Shown here in pieces: positions 61,208 to 64,000 of a DNA stretch of 64,000 bases. Position 1 is the first letter of the stretch; each line of letters starts with the position of its first letter. Source of the DNA: Candidatus Multivoradales bacterium. Its GTDB lineage: Bacteria > Acidobacteriota > Thermoanaerobaculia > Multivoradales > J023. The notes under the pieces are model-generated. The model saw only the letters and a program-made list of their open reading frames with translations, searched no databases and had not been told where the DNA came from. The position numbers were made by a program, and so were the translations under genes. The stretch spans positions 1,728,001-1,792,000 of the forward strand of contig CBDFLE010000006.1 of the NCBI GenBank assembly GCA_965248925.1, written 5' to 3'.

Positions 61208-61428
61208 GACTCCTCGCCCTCACCCCAAATTCGGGCGGTGAAGAAAAGCAGAAAAACCCAGGCCATGATCATCCACACCAAGCGGTAGGCCAGTTCCACC
61301 GGCATCCAGCCAAGCACTAACTCGGTGCTGGTTGTGCGGTAGAGATGGGCCGCCACCAGGGCGACCAAGCCCAGGCCGGCCAGCAGCCAGCGGCCGAGCA
61401 TCGGCTGTCGTGCATCTTTCTCCTGCAT
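61204..61428 (-). CDS. Small two-TM SSS accessory protein (DUF3311-like)
   Basis: LVLGWMPVELAY..W; overlaps the SSS start. Confidence 0.72.
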   Translation of the reverse strand: MQEKDARQPMLGRWLLAGLGLVALVAAHLYRTTSTELVLGWMPVELAYRLVWMIMAWVFLLFFTARIWGEGEES

Positions 61429-61536
61429 CTAGATCCTCCGGCAAAGCCCGGTGATACTAACGATGAACCTTATAGGGCGACCACCCCGTTCTTTCCACGG
61501 CTGGTTTTCACCCCGCTAAGCCTGAGAGCCCGCCCC

Positions 61537-64000
61537 TCAAACTCCAAGATGTTCGAGCCGCACCAGCGGACCATCGGCCTCGCGCTCGGCATGCAAATCG
61601 ACTGAACCGCCCAGGTACCAGAGATGGTCACCCTCGGGGTCGATCAAGACCTGGCTGACCTGCCAGCTGCGCGGCCCGGTCTTCTCCACTCGGGTGTGCT
61701 GCGTTTGCCGCGCCGCATGGTCGAACTTCAACTTGCCATACTGCTCGAAAAACGGCTCCATTGCGTTCTCGAAGCGTTCTTCGTCCCAACGGTATTCAGC
61801 AGCTTCGGGATCGTCGATCACGCAGCCAGTAGCCGCCGACCACTCGCCTTGGGACAAGCAACGCACCAACTCGTGCAACTCAGCCCGCACTCGCGAGGTG
61901 AAGGCACGATTGTCGTGCAACAGCTCATAAAGCCATAAGTCGCGGCGCGCCTGCTCACTCTTCTCCGGCTTCTCAAGGGCCAGTTCCGGATGCAGCAGAC
62001 TCTGCCACTCCTCGAGTAAGCTGGTGTCAATACGTTCGATCATAGTGCGGAAGTAGGCTAAGACGTCATAAACCTCAGCGGTTTGTGAACGTTCGGGCAC
62101 ACTCTGGCTGAGAGTCTTGTAAAACTGACTCAGATAGCGCACCAAAACCCCCTCTGAGCGCTGCAAGCCATAGAGGCGCACGTAGTCTTGGAAGCTGGCG
62201 TAACGTTCGTACAGATCGCGAGCGATCCCTTTCGGGCTGACATCAGCGCCGCGCACCCAGGGATGGGCGCGGCGGAAAGTATCAAAAGCAGTATCGATCT
62301 CGGCCGCGTTGGGCATCGGATAGATCACTTCGTCGAGCTTCTCCATGCGTTCTTCGTAAGGCACTCCCTGGGCCTTTAGCCGGGCCACCAGATCGCCGCG
62401 TAACTTGTCGACCTGACGCCGCAAGATGATCCGCGGATCTTCGAGGATCGACTCCACCAAGCTGACCACATCGAGGGCATAGGTTTCACTCTCCTTATCG
62501 AGATCTTCGAGGGTCTCGACCAAGAAAAGAGACAGCACCTGGAAGAGGGAGAAGTCCCACTGCAAATCCTCGTTGACCACGGCCCAGAGGTAGTTCGAAT
62601 CGGTATCGCGAGCCATCTTGATCACCCCCGAGCGATACAGCGAGCGCACCAGAACAGCCGCTTCTTGCAGCAACCGTTGCTTGCTCTGATCGTCCTCGTG
62701 GCAGTCGCGTAGAATCTGCCGCAGGGTGGAGAAATTACCCGCTCCAGGATCGTTGAGTTCGGCGTCGTGTTGCAGCAAGTTGAGCAACATGCCATGGGAG
62801 AGCTTGAAACGCGACTTGAGGGTCTCGGGCGGACGGTCGATCAACCGCCTGAAGGTCTGCTCGTTCCAGCTCACTTCCTTCTCGCCCGGACGGCCAGGGC
62901 GGCGACCGGCAGGCTTGGACTTCTTTTTCTTCTTACCCTTGGCGGCCGCTTTCCTGTCGCGAATGACCTGCTCCGGCGCCTGGCACACCACCCAGCCGTG
63001 GTCGTCGAATCCGCGGCGACCCGCACGACCGGCGATCTGCTTGAAGTCGCGCACCTTGAGCAAGCTCACCTTACGACCGTCGTACTTGGCCAGCTTGGTG
63101 AACAACACGGTGCGGATAGGAATGTTGACCCCGACTCCCAGCGTGTCGGTACCGCAGATCACCCGCATTAGCCCCTGCTGGGCCAATTGCTCGACCAGCA
63201 GTCGGTATTTGGGCAAGAGACCCGCGTGGTGGACGCCAACACCGAAACTCAGGAAGCGGCGAAACTCCTTGCCATAGGGAGTGTCGAAGCGGAAGCCGGC
63301 AATCTGCTGAGCAATTGCACGCCGCACCTCCTTGCTCGCCACTTGCCCGCAAGTCAGTGCCTGGGCCAGCTCGGCGCACTCGCGCTGGGTGAAGTTGACG
63401 ATGTAGATCGGCGCGCGGTCAGCCTCCAGCAGCTCCTCAACGGTGCGGTGCAGAGGCGTTTCGCGATAGTCGAACTCAAGCGGCACCGGGCGTTCGTCAG
63501 AGTAGACATGGGCCACCTCGATGCCGCCCTGGCGCTCCATCCGTTCGGTGATCGGCCGGGTATTGCCCAGAGTTGCCGACATCAGCAAGAAGCGGGTATC
63601 GGGCAGGGTCAGAAGCGGCACCTGCCAGGCCACGCCGCGGTCAGGGTCGGCGTAGTAGTGGAACTCGTCCATCACGACATAGGCGGCACCCACCTCGGCA
63701 CCCTGGCGCAGAGCCATATTCGACAGCACCTCGGCCGTGCAGCACACCACCATCGCCGACGAGTTGATGTTGGCATCGCCGGTCTTCATACCGACATTGT
63801 CAGCCCCCAGGTTGTCGCAGAGATCGAAGAACTTCTCGCTCGCCAATGCCTTGATCGGACTGGTGTAGAACGACCGCTTGCCCTCGCACATTGCCTTGAA
63901 ATGCATGCCCAGCGCCACCAGCGACTTGCCCGAGCCAGTGGGGGTGTTGAGCACCACATGGCGGCCGGCCATGATTTCCAGCAGCGCCTCTTCCTGCGCC
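61537..64000 (-). CDS. Ski2/HelY-like DEAD/DEAH helicase with DUF3516 (5' end beyond window)
   Basis: PTGSGKS, SPIKALASEK, DEFH, MSAT, QIAGRAGRRG, RSEGVLVRYL; frame open to the window edge. Confidence 0.93.
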   Translation of the reverse strand, partial: AQEEALLEIMAGRHVVLNTPTGSGKSLVALGMHFKAMCEGKRSFYTSPIKALASEKFFDLCDNLGADNVGMKTGDANINSSAMVVCCTAEVLSNMALRQGAEVGAAYVVMDEFHYYADPDRGVAWQVPLLTLPDTRFLLMSATLGNTRPITERMERQGGIEVAHVYSDERPVPLEFDYRETPLHRTVEELLEADRAPIYIVNFTQRECAELAQALTCGQVASKEVRRAIAQQIAGFRFDTPYGKEFRRFLSFGVGVHHAGLLPKYRLLVEQLAQQGLMRVICGTDTLGVGVNIPIRTVLFTKLAKYDGRKVSLLKVRDFKQIAGRAGRRGFDDHGWVVCQAPEQVIRDRKAAAKGKKKKKSKPAGRRPGRPGEKEVSWNEQTFRRLIDRPPETLKSRFKLSHGMLLNLLQHDAELNDPGAGNFSTLRQILRDCHEDDQSKQRLLQEAAVLVRSLYRSGVIKMARDTDSNYLWAVVNEDLQWDFSLFQVLSLFLVETLEDLDKESETYALDVVSLVESILEDPRIILRRQVDKLRGDLVARLKAQGVPYEERMEKLDEVIYPMPNAAEIDTAFDTFRRAHPWVRGADVSPKGIARDLYERYASFQDYVRLYGLQRSEGVLVRYLSQFYKTLSQSVPERSQTAEVYDVLAYFRTMIERIDTSLLEEWQSLLHPELALEKPEKSEQARRDLWLYELLHDNRAFTSRVRAELHELVRCLSQGEWSAATGCVIDDPEAAEYRWDEERFENAMEPFFEQYGKLKFDHAARQTQHTRVEKTGPRSWQVSQVLIDPEGDHLWYLGGSVDLHAEREADGPLVRLEHLGV

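Noticed and set aside
1-64000. tRNA or rRNA genes
   Set aside because: None recognised by eye; tRNAscan-SE/Infernal were not run.

Overview
GC-rich bacterial window. The gene content (FHA-sigma54 activator, TPR Ser/Thr kinases, TIGR02999-type ECF sigma, PEGA protein, C-terminal FADGFE motifs) suggests Acidobacteriota/Thermoanaerobaculia; this is an inference. Housekeeping-type genes occupy about 1-10.5 kb and 49-64 kb, with an accessory region between them. (i) A ~13.7-kb Rhs polymorphic-toxin island lies between diverged ~117-bp direct repeats. It holds a signal-peptide Rhs toxin, an orphan Rhs module, four immunity-like genes, two copies of a ~190-bp hairpin-containing repeat, an IS4 and a RAYT/Y1 transposase. 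(ii) A decaying zone (25-48.4 kb) carries two inverted copies of a 2529-bp IS, both inserted at GANTC, plus IS21, IS1380 and many pseudogenes. Removing the ISs reconstructs a three-gene candidate defence operon (HTH-HerA/DptH-like ATPase, GHKL/MORC-like ATPase, SAM-MTase-like protein). Three unrelated exported proteins share a C-terminal (I/L)F(A/T)D(G/N)FE(S/T/N)G...W motif, a candidate sorting signal. All family calls come from motif recognition by eye; no database searches were run.
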